Virus record (IMG/VR): IMGVR_UViG_3300031965_000007
Coordinates: 1-64,000 of that record
Origin: a virus
Length of the DNA stretch: 64,000 bases
Strand: one strand, 5' to 3'
Shown here: piece by piece, positions 8,605 through 17,523 of the stretch
Position numbering within the stretch: the first letter of the stretch is position 1
Layout of the letters: each line of letters opens with the position of its first letter
Position numbers and translations under genes: made by a program
The notes under the pieces: generated by a model
Databases searched by the model: none
Told to the model about the DNA's origin: nothing
The model's input: only the letters and a program-made list of their open reading frames with translations

Positions 8605-9481
8605 GCGCGTCCAAGAGCTGCTCGAAGCAGGTCGAGTTGGATCGCGCTTTACCCGCGTGCAGTGCCCGTTCTGCGAAGACGAAGGGCACCGAGACCGCAA
8701 GCTCTCGCTCTCGTTTGATCAGCGTACAGGATGGTGGAAATGCTTTCGCTGCGATACCAAGGGCAGGATCGGCGAAGACGAAGACTTCTCCGACGACCAA
8801 GGTGACGAGGAAGAAGACGAGGAAGTCGAGTTCGCAATCCCCGAGGAGTTCGTGCCGCTTGCAGGTAACAGGTCGCACTCGCTACGTCCGGCTAGGACGT
8901 ACCTGCGATCGAGGGGGTTGTCGGAGGATGTGTGGAAGCAGTTTCAGCTCCACGCGTGCTGCGAAGGTTGGTACGCTGGTAGGGTGATCATCCCGCACTT
9001 GAGCGTGGACAGGTCTAGGTGGCTTGGGTTCATCTCGAGGATTTGGGCTAAGGCGCCGCCACCAGGTGCAGACGGGCCTATGGCTCAGAAGTACCTCTAC
9101 CCGAAAGGGATGCGGCGTGATCTACTCTACAACCACACAGAGGTTTTAGAGATCACAGAAACACCGCTTCTTCTCGTAGAAGGGTCTTTGGACACGATCG
9201 CGTTGCGTCCGCACTCAGCTGCCTTCCTCGGCGAGATGTCTGAAGAGCAGTACGAAGCGCTGCTCGGCGCTGAGCGTCCCCTGTGTGTTGTGCTAGATGG
9301 TGACGCGTGGATAAAAGGCCACGCGATCGCAATCAAGCTCCAGCTTGCCGGTGCTCGAGCCGGTTCTATCAAGTTGCCTGCAGGTGCAGACCCAGACGAG
9401 TATCCGACCAAGCTCTTGATGAAGCTTGCGAAGAAGAGCATCGGTCGGTTCGACCCTATTGTGATCGAGGAGGAAGACTGA
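8585..9481 (+). CDS. DNA primase (Zn finger + TOPRIM)
   Basis: CPFC...CFRC zinc finger, VEGSLD and LDGD TOPRIM motifs. Confidence 0.9.
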   Translation: MLSAKSERVQELLEAGRVGSRFTRVQCPFCEDEGHRDRKLSLSFDQRTGWWKCFRCDTKGRIGEDEDFSDDQGDEEEDEEVEFAIPEEFVPLAGNRSHSLRPARTYLRSRGLSEDVWKQFQLHACCEGWYAGRVIIPHLSVDRSRWLGFISRIWAKAPPPGADGPMAQKYLYPKGMRRDLLYNHTEVLEITETPLLLVEGSLDTIALRPHSAAFLGEMSEEQYEALLGAERPLCVVLDGDAWIKGHAIAIKLQLAGARAGSIKLPAGADPDEYPTKLLMKLAKKSIGRFDPIVIEEED

Positions 9482-9816
9482 TGGCTAAGAAGAAGCCAGT
9501 GGATCCGCCCAAAGAGGCGCCAATCACTAATACACAAGACGCGATCAAGGAGGTCTGCGCAGAGTTGGAGGATCTGCTACTGCGTAAGAACTCTGCGTAC
9601 GGCGACAGTGCGCTGAAACCGCTTCGCGTGTTCTCGAAGGCAGACACTGTCGAGCAGATCAAAGTACGCCTGGATGACAAGATCTCTAGGCTCAGTCGCG
9701 GGCACGCTCTCCCAGATGAGTCGCTGGACGACACGATCGATGACCTCATGGGGTATCTCGTGCTTCTGAAGATCGCTGTTCGTCGCCGTCAAGCTGTGCC
9801 TGGTACGCGGCTGTGA
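9481..9816 (+). CDS. DUF1599 / nucleotide modification-associated domain 1 protein
   Basis: LLRKNSAYGDS...RLDDKISR...ESLDDTIDDLMGY. Confidence 0.75.
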   Translation: MAKKKPVDPPKEAPITNTQDAIKEVCAELEDLLLRKNSAYGDSALKPLRVFSKADTVEQIKVRLDDKISRLSRGHALPDESLDDTIDDLMGYLVLLKIAVRRRQAVPGTRL

Positions 9817-9912
9817 CCTGAGGTACGACTTCGTGCCGCCAGCGGGCGGCATTCAAGTGCATCAACTGTGAAAAATCGATCAATCGCACAAAGCTAGCCA
9901 GAAGGAGACCGT

Positions 9913-10494
9913 ATGAAGATCAGCTCGTATTCCATTGGTGTCGTTGGTGACGACGTCAAGCTCAACCTCGTGGTCGATGTCGACTCGGTAGAAGCAGCCG
10001 TGGCACTCATCGCAGAGAACGGCGAGGAGCCCAAGAAGGGCAAGAAGAGCAAGACGAAAGCCGCGCCTGCTCCCAAGAAAGGCAAGAAGGCAGCTGAGCC
10101 CGAGGAAGAAGAGGAGGAAGACGACGAGGACGACGAGGACGACGGGGACGAAGACGAGCCCGAGGATGAAGAAGACGATGAAGAAGACGACGAGGACGAG
10201 GACGAGGACGAAGAAGAGGAGGAAGAAGAAAAGCCCAAGAAAGGCAAGAAGGGCAAGGAGTCAGCAGCAAAGAAAGGCCCTGGCGTCAAAGTCAAGATCA
10301 CACCCGAGCTGAAGTCGGCCGAGAAGCTGCGAGCCGTCTTGCAGGTGCTGATGAAGCAGGGCCTCAAAACGAAGAAGGACCTCACCGCGGCGTGCGTTGC
10401 TCTTCAAGGCAAGCTGCCCGTGCTGAAGAACATCACGGATCTCGAGACGCGTGTTCCGCGTGCGGTCGAGCTGATCGACCCGAAGATGAAGTGA
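9913..10494 (+). CDS. hypothetical protein with long D/E tract flanked by K-rich segments
   Basis: AAGGAG RBS; about 45-residue near-pure D/E run. Confidence 0.8.
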   Translation: MKISSYSIGVVGDDVKLNLVVDVDSVEAAVALIAENGEEPKKGKKSKTKAAPAPKKGKKAAEPEEEEEEDDEDDEDDGDEDEPEDEEDDEEDDEDEDEDEEEEEEEKPKKGKKGKESAAKKGPGVKVKITPELKSAEKLRAVLQVLMKQGLKTKKDLTAACVALQGKLPVLKNITDLETRVPRAVELIDPKMK

Positions 10495-10516
10495 CGCGCT
10501 TGCCTTCGGGCATGCG

Positions 10517-10591
10517 GCGCAGGTAGCTCAAGAGGTAGAGCAGTCGCGCTTTCGCGAGGGTATGCGGGTTCGAAACCCGCCCTGCGCTCCA
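10517..10591 (+). tRNA. tRNA-like RNA with aberrant anticodon arm (identity unassignable)
   Basis: Acceptor GCGCAGG/CCTGCGC + T + CCA; D arm GCTC-AAGAGGTA-GAGC; T arm GCGGG-TTCGAAA-CCCGC; anticodon arm TCGCG-CTTT-CGCGA has only a 4-nt loop. Confidence 0.75.
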
Positions 10592-10607
10592 GTGAGAAGA
10601 GGGGATC

Positions 10608-13196
10608 ATGAAGAAGCTAGCTCTGTACCCACAAGGCATGCCGCTAGCAGCGGTTGCTGCGACACCACTCAAGGCACCTGATCCAGGCTGTACAGACTGC
10701 GCGCTTCACGAAACGGCACGACATCGGTGCATGACCATCCCCAAGAAGGTCGAGCCGCACGGTCTCTACGTGATCGGCGAGAAGCCGTCGCGCTTGGAGG
10801 ACACGGCCGGCAAGCCGTTCTACGGTCAGCAGCACCAGCGAGTACGCCAGCTCGTTGAGAAGAGCTGGCGAGGCCCGGTTTCGTACGACTACGCCATTCG
10901 CTGCTCAAACAGCGTCAAGAAGCTCAAACCAAAGCAGCTCGACGCATGCCGGACGTATACGGCTCACGCGTTCGAGCACGCTGCGCCGTCGCGCGTGATC
11001 TGCTTGGGTCCGGAGGCAGCTTACTCAGTGCTCGGCCGACGCGTGCAAGGACTGCAAGTGCGTAGGGCATACGGCTGGGCGCAGAACTGCTTAGGCGATC
11101 TCGTCCCGGTATTCGTGCTGCCCTTGCCGCAGATCTCGTTCTCAAACCCGTTTTGGGCGCGCGAGTTTGCCGAGGACTTAGCTTGGGCGATGAAGGTGGA
11201 GGTCTCGCCTTGGTTCGAGAAAACGTACACGAAGCTGGTTGAGACTCCGCGCCACTCGCGGATCGCTGCAAAGGCACTTAGGAAGTACAACTGGCTGACG
11301 TATGACGTCGAGACGTACGGGCAGATGGGCAACCGCGACTTTAGGATCGAGTCACTGACGTTGCTCGGCGACTCTGACACGTCGTACACCTGGACTACCG
11401 AAGCACTGCGTGATCCGGAAGTGGTCCACCATCTGCGAAAGCTTTTGGCCAAAGCCAACATGTGCACGCAGAACGGCAAATACGACGACAGGTCGATCCT
11501 TCTTGCACTCGACATCAACGTAGAGAACATCTACTACGACACACGCCTCGGGCATAAGCTGCTCTACCCTGACGCTGTCGCAAAGTTGGAGGTGCTGGCA
11601 GAGACGGTCGGCATGGGCGGCCACAAGCTTGAGGCGGCCGCAAAGACTGGCGCGATCAAGAAGGAACTCAACCGACTAGCATTTCCGCTGAGCGAGTTCA
11701 CGCCAAAAGGCAAGCGCCGCAATATACCGCCTCCCAAGTTCAACGTGCCGTCGTCGGTGCTCGATCAGTTGCGGGAAGGTGCCGAGCCTGACGCCTTCAT
11801 GTTCGGGTTTCTGGATCGCAAGACGCTTTACCGGTACAACGCTCGTGACGTTTTCAGCACCCGCGAGGTGGCAGCGCTAGAGAAGCCGATGCTCGAAGAG
11901 CATCCTACGATCTCGCGTGCGTGGGATCTCGTTGTGAAGGACGCAAACAAAGCCGTTCGTTATATCGAGGCATGGGGATTCCCAGTTGATCGAACCGCTG
12001 TTCTTGCTCTCAGCCACAAGTGCGATACGCGACTCGAAGAGCTTGAGAAGGAGATGAAGGAGCACTCCGACGTCAACCCGAACAGCCCGAAGGCGCTCGC
12101 ACAGTACCTGTATGTAGATCTCGGCCTTCCTGTGTCGCGACAAACCGATTCAGGCGCTTGGAGCACTGACGAGGAGTCGCTGGACAAGCTCAAGCACCTG
12201 CACGAGTACCCAGCGCTCCTCCTTGAGCACCGCAAGCTGTCCAAGTTCGCTGGAACGTACGCACGCGGCCTCTTGCGTCACATTCGAGCAGACGGGCGTG
12301 TACACCCGTCGTTCTTGCTCGACGGCGCAGGCACCGGGCGCTTGAGCTGCCAAGGGCCAAACCTGCAGAACATCCCGCGCGCCAAGGGCAGCGAGCTAGG
12401 CAAGATGGCACGCGACTGCTTCGTAGCGCGACCTGGGTACGTACTGATCGAGGCGGACTATTCGCAGCTCGAGCTTCGCATTGCCGCCATGCTCTCTGGC
12501 GACAAGGAGATGATCAAGGACTACGAGAGAGGCATCGACATCCACATGAACGGCGCGACTGAGTGCTGCGAAGTGGCTTGGGGTATCCCGCGCAAGAAGT
12601 GGGACAAGATGTCAGACGACGAGCGTGATCCCTATCGGTCGCAGGTCAAGGCGGTCATCTTCGGCAAGCTCTACGGCAAGTTTGACGTCAGCCTGGCAAA
12701 GGAGTTTGGCGTTTCAGTGAGTGTCATCGTCAGGATCAACAAGACGATTTGGGGTAGGTACAAGAAGCTCGAGCGCTTCATGAGTCAGTGCATCATGGAG
12801 TCACGAAAGACAGGGACGGCTTGGACGTGGTGGGCAGGCGAGCGATCTCGCGTTCGTCCTATACCACGTATCCTAGATCAGGATCCCAATACGCGATCAC
12901 ACTACGAGCGTACCGCCGGCAATACGAGTGTACAGGGTACAGCAGCAGAGTTCGCAACCGCGTCGCTTTGGCCGATTGTTCAGTGGCTCGCGCAGGATCA
13001 GAAGCTGCGGGGGCGCGGTGAGCTGGTGTCGACGGTGCATGATGCGTGCATCCTGCACGTTCCGGAGAAAGTCATGGATCACTCGGCACGCAACATGCAG
13101 AAGATCATGCTCAGCCACGAGTCGGGTGTGGTTCCGCTCGCTGTGGATCTGAAGTGGGGTTACACCTGGGGCAGCATGGAGAAGTTGGCAGCGTAA
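10608..13196 (+). CDS. family A DNA polymerase with N-terminal UDG-like domain and 3'-5' exonuclease
   Basis: CTDCAL..GEKPS..AIRC (family-4 UDG-like); YDVET exonuclease; TGRLS, DYSQLELR, KAVIFGKLYG, VHDA polymerase motifs. Confidence 0.93.
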   Translation: MKKLALYPQGMPLAAVAATPLKAPDPGCTDCALHETARHRCMTIPKKVEPHGLYVIGEKPSRLEDTAGKPFYGQQHQRVRQLVEKSWRGPVSYDYAIRCSNSVKKLKPKQLDACRTYTAHAFEHAAPSRVICLGPEAAYSVLGRRVQGLQVRRAYGWAQNCLGDLVPVFVLPLPQISFSNPFWAREFAEDLAWAMKVEVSPWFEKTYTKLVETPRHSRIAAKALRKYNWLTYDVETYGQMGNRDFRIESLTLLGDSDTSYTWTTEALRDPEVVHHLRKLLAKANMCTQNGKYDDRSILLALDINVENIYYDTRLGHKLLYPDAVAKLEVLAETVGMGGHKLEAAAKTGAIKKELNRLAFPLSEFTPKGKRRNIPPPKFNVPSSVLDQLREGAEPDAFMFGFLDRKTLYRYNARDVFSTREVAALEKPMLEEHPTISRAWDLVVKDANKAVRYIEAWGFPVDRTAVLALSHKCDTRLEELEKEMKEHSDVNPNSPKALAQYLYVDLGLPVSRQTDSGAWSTDEESLDKLKHLHEYPALLLEHRKLSKFAGTYARGLLRHIRADGRVHPSFLLDGAGTGRLSCQGPNLQNIPRAKGSELGKMARDCFVARPGYVLIEADYSQLELRIAAMLSGDKEMIKDYERGIDIHMNGATECCEVAWGIPRKKWDKMSDDERDPYRSQVKAVIFGKLYGKFDVSLAKEFGVSVSVIVRINKTIWGRYKKLERFMSQCIMESRKTGTAWTWWAGERSRVRPIPRILDQDPNTRSHYERTAGNTSVQGTAAEFATASLWPIVQWLAQDQKLRGRGELVSTVHDACILHVPEKVMDHSARNMQKIMLSHESGVVPLAVDLKWGYTWGSMEKLAA

Positions 13197-13208
13197 AAGG
13201 AGGACTGT

Positions 13209-13709
13209 ATGGCGATGAAGAAGAAAAAAGCAGTGGCAGAGCCCAAAAGCGAGCCCGTCGCACAAGACCGGCGTGAGCGCCCGTACCTTGGGCTCAACCC
13301 CGAGGAGATCAAACACGAGTACACTCGCATCTCTGCAGAGCTGGCCCGCTTCGGTGAGATCCTAGCCGATGCGACGCGAGACGCGGCTTTTGCAAAGCAG
13401 AAGAGAGATCAGGTCCATGCATCGGTCTACCTAGACATGGTCGAGGGTGCAGAGGCGCTGCAAGAGAAGAAGCCTTCAGAAGGCGTCCTGAAGGCGAAGA
13501 TCCAAGCGAGCGTCCAGTACCAAGGAGCCGTGCACGCATACATTCGTGCAGAGCACGTGCGGCTGACTGCCTTCTCGGACATGGAGGCTTTGCGAGCCAA
13601 GCGCGACATGGTGATCTCTCTTGGCGCCCACGTACGCCAAGAGCTAAAGTCAGATCCGTCCCTGTATGACGAGGAGGGCACAACCAAAGACGACGAAGAC
13701 GACGAATAG
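13209..13709 (+). CDS. helical protein, possible UvsY-like recombination mediator
   Basis: All-helical character, acidic tail, position between polymerase and SSB/RecA. Confidence 0.4.
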   Translation: MAMKKKKAVAEPKSEPVAQDRRERPYLGLNPEEIKHEYTRISAELARFGEILADATRDAAFAKQKRDQVHASVYLDMVEGAEALQEKKPSEGVLKAKIQASVQYQGAVHAYIRAEHVRLTAFSDMEALRAKRDMVISLGAHVRQELKSDPSLYDEEGTTKDDEDDE

Positions 13710-13764
13710 TGATCGCAGTAACGCAAAGAGCCCCAGAGAGCCCGTAGGCTGAAAGAAGGCGTAG

Positions 13765-14610
13765 ATGGTAAAGGCAAAGAAGAAAAAGACAGGTGCTGGA
13801 CCTGGCTTGCAGTATCAAGGCTACACGAAGGACGATGCAGAGAAGGACGCAGAGGAGCTTGAGCGATCGAGAAACTCTCGCTACATCCGCATCAGGCCGG
13901 GGAAGAACGTCTTCCGTGTGGTTCCCGCTCGCCCTGGTGGTAAGTGGAAGCGCGTCACTTACCGGCACTTCGTGGACGTGCCTGGCGTTGGCACGGTCTC
14001 GTTTACGTGCCCTCGTTACGAGACCAAAGGCAAGCGCAAGTGCGAGAGCTGCGACGACGAGCGAAAGCTCCGCGCAACCAACGACAAGGTTGACGCGAAG
14101 AGAGCAGATCGCATCCAGGCTCAGCGCAAGGTGCTGATCAACGTCGTAGATCGTAACGACGAGGAAGCAGGACCTCGTGTGCTCGAGGTCGGCCGCGGCA
14201 TCGACAAAGACATGGTCGAGATGAAGAAGTTCGAAGACGTCGATTTCGTCGACCCGATCAAAGGCTCGGACTTGATCATCGTGAAGACTGGCGAAGGTCG
14301 TCAGGGCACTCGCTACAAGACCAAAGAAGGCAAGGAGTGCAAGCTTCACGCGTCGCGTGCAGTGATGCAGGATTGGATCGACACCGCGGTTGATCTAGAC
14401 AGCGTTGTTGAGTTGGATTCTGACGAAGACATTGCCGCGAAGCTTCGCGGCGAGTTCTCGCGGGATCGAGATGACAGCGACCGCAAGAACTCTCGCCGCA
14501 AGAAGCCTGCCGACGAGGACGACGATGAGGACGACCTCGACGCCTACGCTTCAGATGACGACGACGAAGAAGACGACGAGGATGAAGACGACGAAGAGAT
14601 TGAGATCTGA
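13765..14610 (+). CDS. single-stranded DNA-binding protein (T4 gp32-like)
   Basis: GKNVFRVVP, H..C..CxxC zinc ligands, DPIKGSDL..KTGEG..TRY, acidic C-tail. Confidence 0.8.
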   Translation: MVKAKKKKTGAGPGLQYQGYTKDDAEKDAEELERSRNSRYIRIRPGKNVFRVVPARPGGKWKRVTYRHFVDVPGVGTVSFTCPRYETKGKRKCESCDDERKLRATNDKVDAKRADRIQAQRKVLINVVDRNDEEAGPRVLEVGRGIDKDMVEMKKFEDVDFVDPIKGSDLIIVKTGEGRQGTRYKTKEGKECKLHASRAVMQDWIDTAVDLDSVVELDSDEDIAAKLRGEFSRDRDDSDRKNSRRKKPADEDDDEDDLDAYASDDDDEEDDEDEDDEEIEI

Positions 14611-14629
14611 CTGAAAGAAGGTCGTCACC

Positions 14630-15730
14630 ATGGCAGCCAAAAAGAAGACGGCGAAGAAATCTGCGCCTAAGAAAAAAGGCAAGCAGAAGGTCTCATCTGC
14701 AAAATCGGCACCGCCCATCAAAGGTGGCGCTGGATCTCAGCTCGCGACCAAACTTCGCACGAAGTACGGCAACAAGATCACAGTCATCAAGGACGAAGAG
14801 GAAGCTCTGGCTCAGATCACTGAGTACATCCCGAGCGGCATCGACGTTCTCGATAACTACGTGATCGGTCGTGGTGGCGGCCCTGTCAGCCGTATCGCAG
14901 AGATCATTGGCGAAGAGGCTTGTGGTAAGACTGCTCTTCTCTACCGGTGGCTAGGCTGTACTCAGCGCGTGGGTGGTGTTGCAGCGCTTGCTGATGCAGA
15001 GTTTTCGTTCGACTCAGATCGAGCACGCGTGCACGGCATCGACACGAGCGAGTTGATCATGGAACAGCCTACCGTTCTTGAGGAAGCTCTCGAGATGGTC
15101 AAGGACACGGTTGGGTACCACAACCCGAAGCACGGGCCGCTCTTGATCGGACTAGACTCCATCGCGAGCATGAACACCAAGAAGGGCATCGGCATGGCTG
15201 TTGGCGACATGCCTGTCGGCGAGGCAGCTCGCATACTCAGCGACGAGCTGCGGGACTTGCCGCCCCTCTTGCGTGCGCATCGAGCCTACTTCGTGTGCAT
15301 CAACCAGATACGACACAAGATCGGCGTTTCGTTCGGCAGCAACATCACGACGCCTGGTGGCAAGTCACTAGCCTTCTACGCGTCTCTGCGCTTGCAGTTC
15401 TTTGGCGGTAAAGCGATCAAGGATAAGCACGGCGACCACATCGGTAAGGTCGTCACTTTGATGGCGATCAAGAACAGGCTCGCTCCGCCGTTCCGAAAGG
15501 CGCGGATCAGGTTCGACTACGCTTCTGGGTACAACAATCTGTGGACCACTGTGGAGCATGCCAAGTCGAGAAAGCTGGTCAAGCCTCGCCGCGGTGGCGA
15601 TCGGCAGAGCAACACGGCCTACATCGAAGCACTCGAGGCACTCGACTGGGACATCAACCCCATCGGTCCGCTTGGGCTGGAAGGCGGGTTGGATGACGCA
15701 GAAGTCGCCGACGACGACGATGACGATTGA
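14630..15730 (+). CDS. recA: RecA/UvsX-like recombinase
   Basis: GEEACGKT, DAE, LDSIA, INQIR, TTPGGKSLAFYASLR, KNRLAPPFR. Confidence 0.93.
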   Translation: MAAKKKTAKKSAPKKKGKQKVSSAKSAPPIKGGAGSQLATKLRTKYGNKITVIKDEEEALAQITEYIPSGIDVLDNYVIGRGGGPVSRIAEIIGEEACGKTALLYRWLGCTQRVGGVAALADAEFSFDSDRARVHGIDTSELIMEQPTVLEEALEMVKDTVGYHNPKHGPLLIGLDSIASMNTKKGIGMAVGDMPVGEAARILSDELRDLPPLLRAHRAYFVCINQIRHKIGVSFGSNITTPGGKSLAFYASLRLQFFGGKAIKDKHGDHIGKVVTLMAIKNRLAPPFRKARIRFDYASGYNNLWTTVEHAKSRKLVKPRRGGDRQSNTAYIEALEALDWDINPIGPLGLEGGLDDAEVADDDDDD

Positions 15731-15871
15731 GCTGAAGTCGCCCATCGCCTCGCTAGGCCTTGGCGCGAACGGCGAGTACGTTGTGATCGATATTCGAACC
15801 AGGGATGGCTTGGCGCGTCGCCTTGTCGTGGGCGCGATTGGCGCATTCGTTGTATCTGGCGCAGGTAAAGC

Positions 15872-16966
15872 ATGAAAGCCGCAGTGATCGCTGACGTACA
15901 CTTGCACAACTTCCCTTGGGCAGGCGGTGTAATAGAGTCCGGGTTGAATGAACGGTGCCGTGCAGTGCTGCGCACCATGCGGCGTGCTGTCGATCTCGCG
16001 AACAAGCAGTCTTGCGAAGACCTGTTCGTTGCAGGTGACCTGTTCGACGTAGACGATCCTACACCGCAAATCGTTGCCGCAGCGATGGCTGAGTTTCGCA
16101 GGTTCAACGGGAACGTGCATCTAGTGGTGGGCAACCACGATCAGCATTCGACTCAGCCTGGCGATCATGCTTTGGGGCCGATGGAGTGGCACGAGACAGA
16201 GAAAGGGAAGATCTACTTCTACGAGTCGCCACAGCATATCGGCGACTATTGCCTATTGCCGTTTCGTCCAGAGCCTGTGATCGACTGGCTAGAGCCTACC
16301 TTGCTTGCGATGAAGCCAAAGCCAGAGACTGTGATTGCACACTTCGGTGTTGCGGATGACGACACGCCTGACTACTTGCTCACAGCTCACGACCAGCTCC
16401 ATGTAGACCAGGCGTTTCGCATCATGGCCAAGGTTGGCGTGCGAGTTCTGATCGTAGGCAACTGGCACAACGCACAGACGTGGAAGCGCGGCGATGCGCA
16501 GATCGTCCAAGTAGGTGCTCTCGCACCTACCGGCTTCGACAACCTAGGGCCTTCGTACGGGCATGTGGTGCTTGTTGATCCTAGTCTCGTCATTCAGAGA
16601 AAGACCGTGCCGGGGCCTCGGTTCCTCAAACTACTTTGGGATCTGTCTGCGCCGGCTGATCTAGAGAAGGCGATCGCTTACCACGGCAGCCATGTCTACG
16701 TGCACCTGGAAGCCTCGCCATCAGACATGTCAGATGCGAAGGCGTGGGTAGCAGAGGTAGCAGCTCGACTTCCGATCAAGCACTTCAAGGTGACTGCTGT
16801 GCGCGCAGAGGTTGTGGCGCAGGCAGCTTCGGCTGCGAAGTCGAGTACGAACGCAGCGACGCGGGAGGTGGCTGTGGCGAGGTACGTGGCGAGGATGCCT
16901 CTCGACACCAACGTTTCGAGGAAAGCGGTTTTGCGGAAGGTACTCAGGTACCTGGAAGGGACGTGA
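15872..16966 (+). CDS. Mre11/SbcD-like metallophosphoesterase nuclease
   Basis: ADVH, GDLFD, GNHD, AHFG, GNWH. Confidence 0.9.
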   Translation: MKAAVIADVHLHNFPWAGGVIESGLNERCRAVLRTMRRAVDLANKQSCEDLFVAGDLFDVDDPTPQIVAAAMAEFRRFNGNVHLVVGNHDQHSTQPGDHALGPMEWHETEKGKIYFYESPQHIGDYCLLPFRPEPVIDWLEPTLLAMKPKPETVIAHFGVADDDTPDYLLTAHDQLHVDQAFRIMAKVGVRVLIVGNWHNAQTWKRGDAQIVQVGALAPTGFDNLGPSYGHVVLVDPSLVIQRKTVPGPRFLKLLWDLSAPADLEKAIAYHGSHVYVHLEASPSDMSDAKAWVAEVAARLPIKHFKVTAVRAEVVAQAASAAKSSTNAATREVAVARYVARMPLDTNVSRKAVLRKVLRYLEGT

Positions 16967-16971
16967 TTGAA

Positions 16972-17523
16972 ATGGGCGATGATTTGTGGCTGGTGACTGA
17001 TCTCGAAACCACAGGCCTCGTGCCTCGCGACCATCTCATTCTCGAGGCAGGTGTGATCGCTATCTCAGCGAAGGACCTGTCTGTGGTGGAAGAGTCCGAG
17101 ACACTCGTCAGGCATGACAAGGACCACATCCTGGAGCGATTGGACGACACGGTGCACGCGATGCACACCAAGAACGGTCTGCTTGCGGATTTCGAGCACT
17201 GCCGAGGGCACTTCGTCTACGGGCACCAAGGGTTGGACGAGTGGCTGGTCGCCTTTGCGAACCGGCTAGGATTCGAGCGCGGAAAGGTGATCCTCGTCGG
17301 CAACACTGTGCACTTCGATCGTTCCTTCTTGGAGCAGCACACGTTCACCTTCCCGACGTATCTTCACTACAGGCACCTCGACGTACGCGCAATGCAGGTC
17401 GCCTATCGAGCGTGGCATGGGCACCACGACGTGTTGGAGTACGAGAAGCCGCACCGAGCCTTGCCTGACGCTCGCCGATCACTCGAGACACTGCGATTTT
17501 TTCGGGATAGGATGGCGGCGTGA
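16972..17523 (+). CDS. orn: oligoribonuclease-like DEDDh exonuclease
   Basis: DLETTGL, MHTKNGL, GNTVHFDRSFL, LHYRHLDV, HRALPD. Confidence 0.85.
   Translation: MGDDLWLVTDLETTGLVPRDHLILEAGVIAISAKDLSVVEESETLVRHDKDHILERLDDTVHAMHTKNGLLADFEHCRGHFVYGHQGLDEWLVAFANRLGFERGKVILVGNTVHFDRSFLEQHTFTFPTYLHYRHLDVRAMQVAYRAWHGHHDVLEYEKPHRALPDARRSLETLRFFRDRMAA

Noticed and set aside
10100-10230. GAC/GAG/GAA repeats as CRISPR or satellite
   Set aside because: Codon repeats of a poly-D/E tract; no repeat-spacer structure. No CRISPR array seen anywhere in the window
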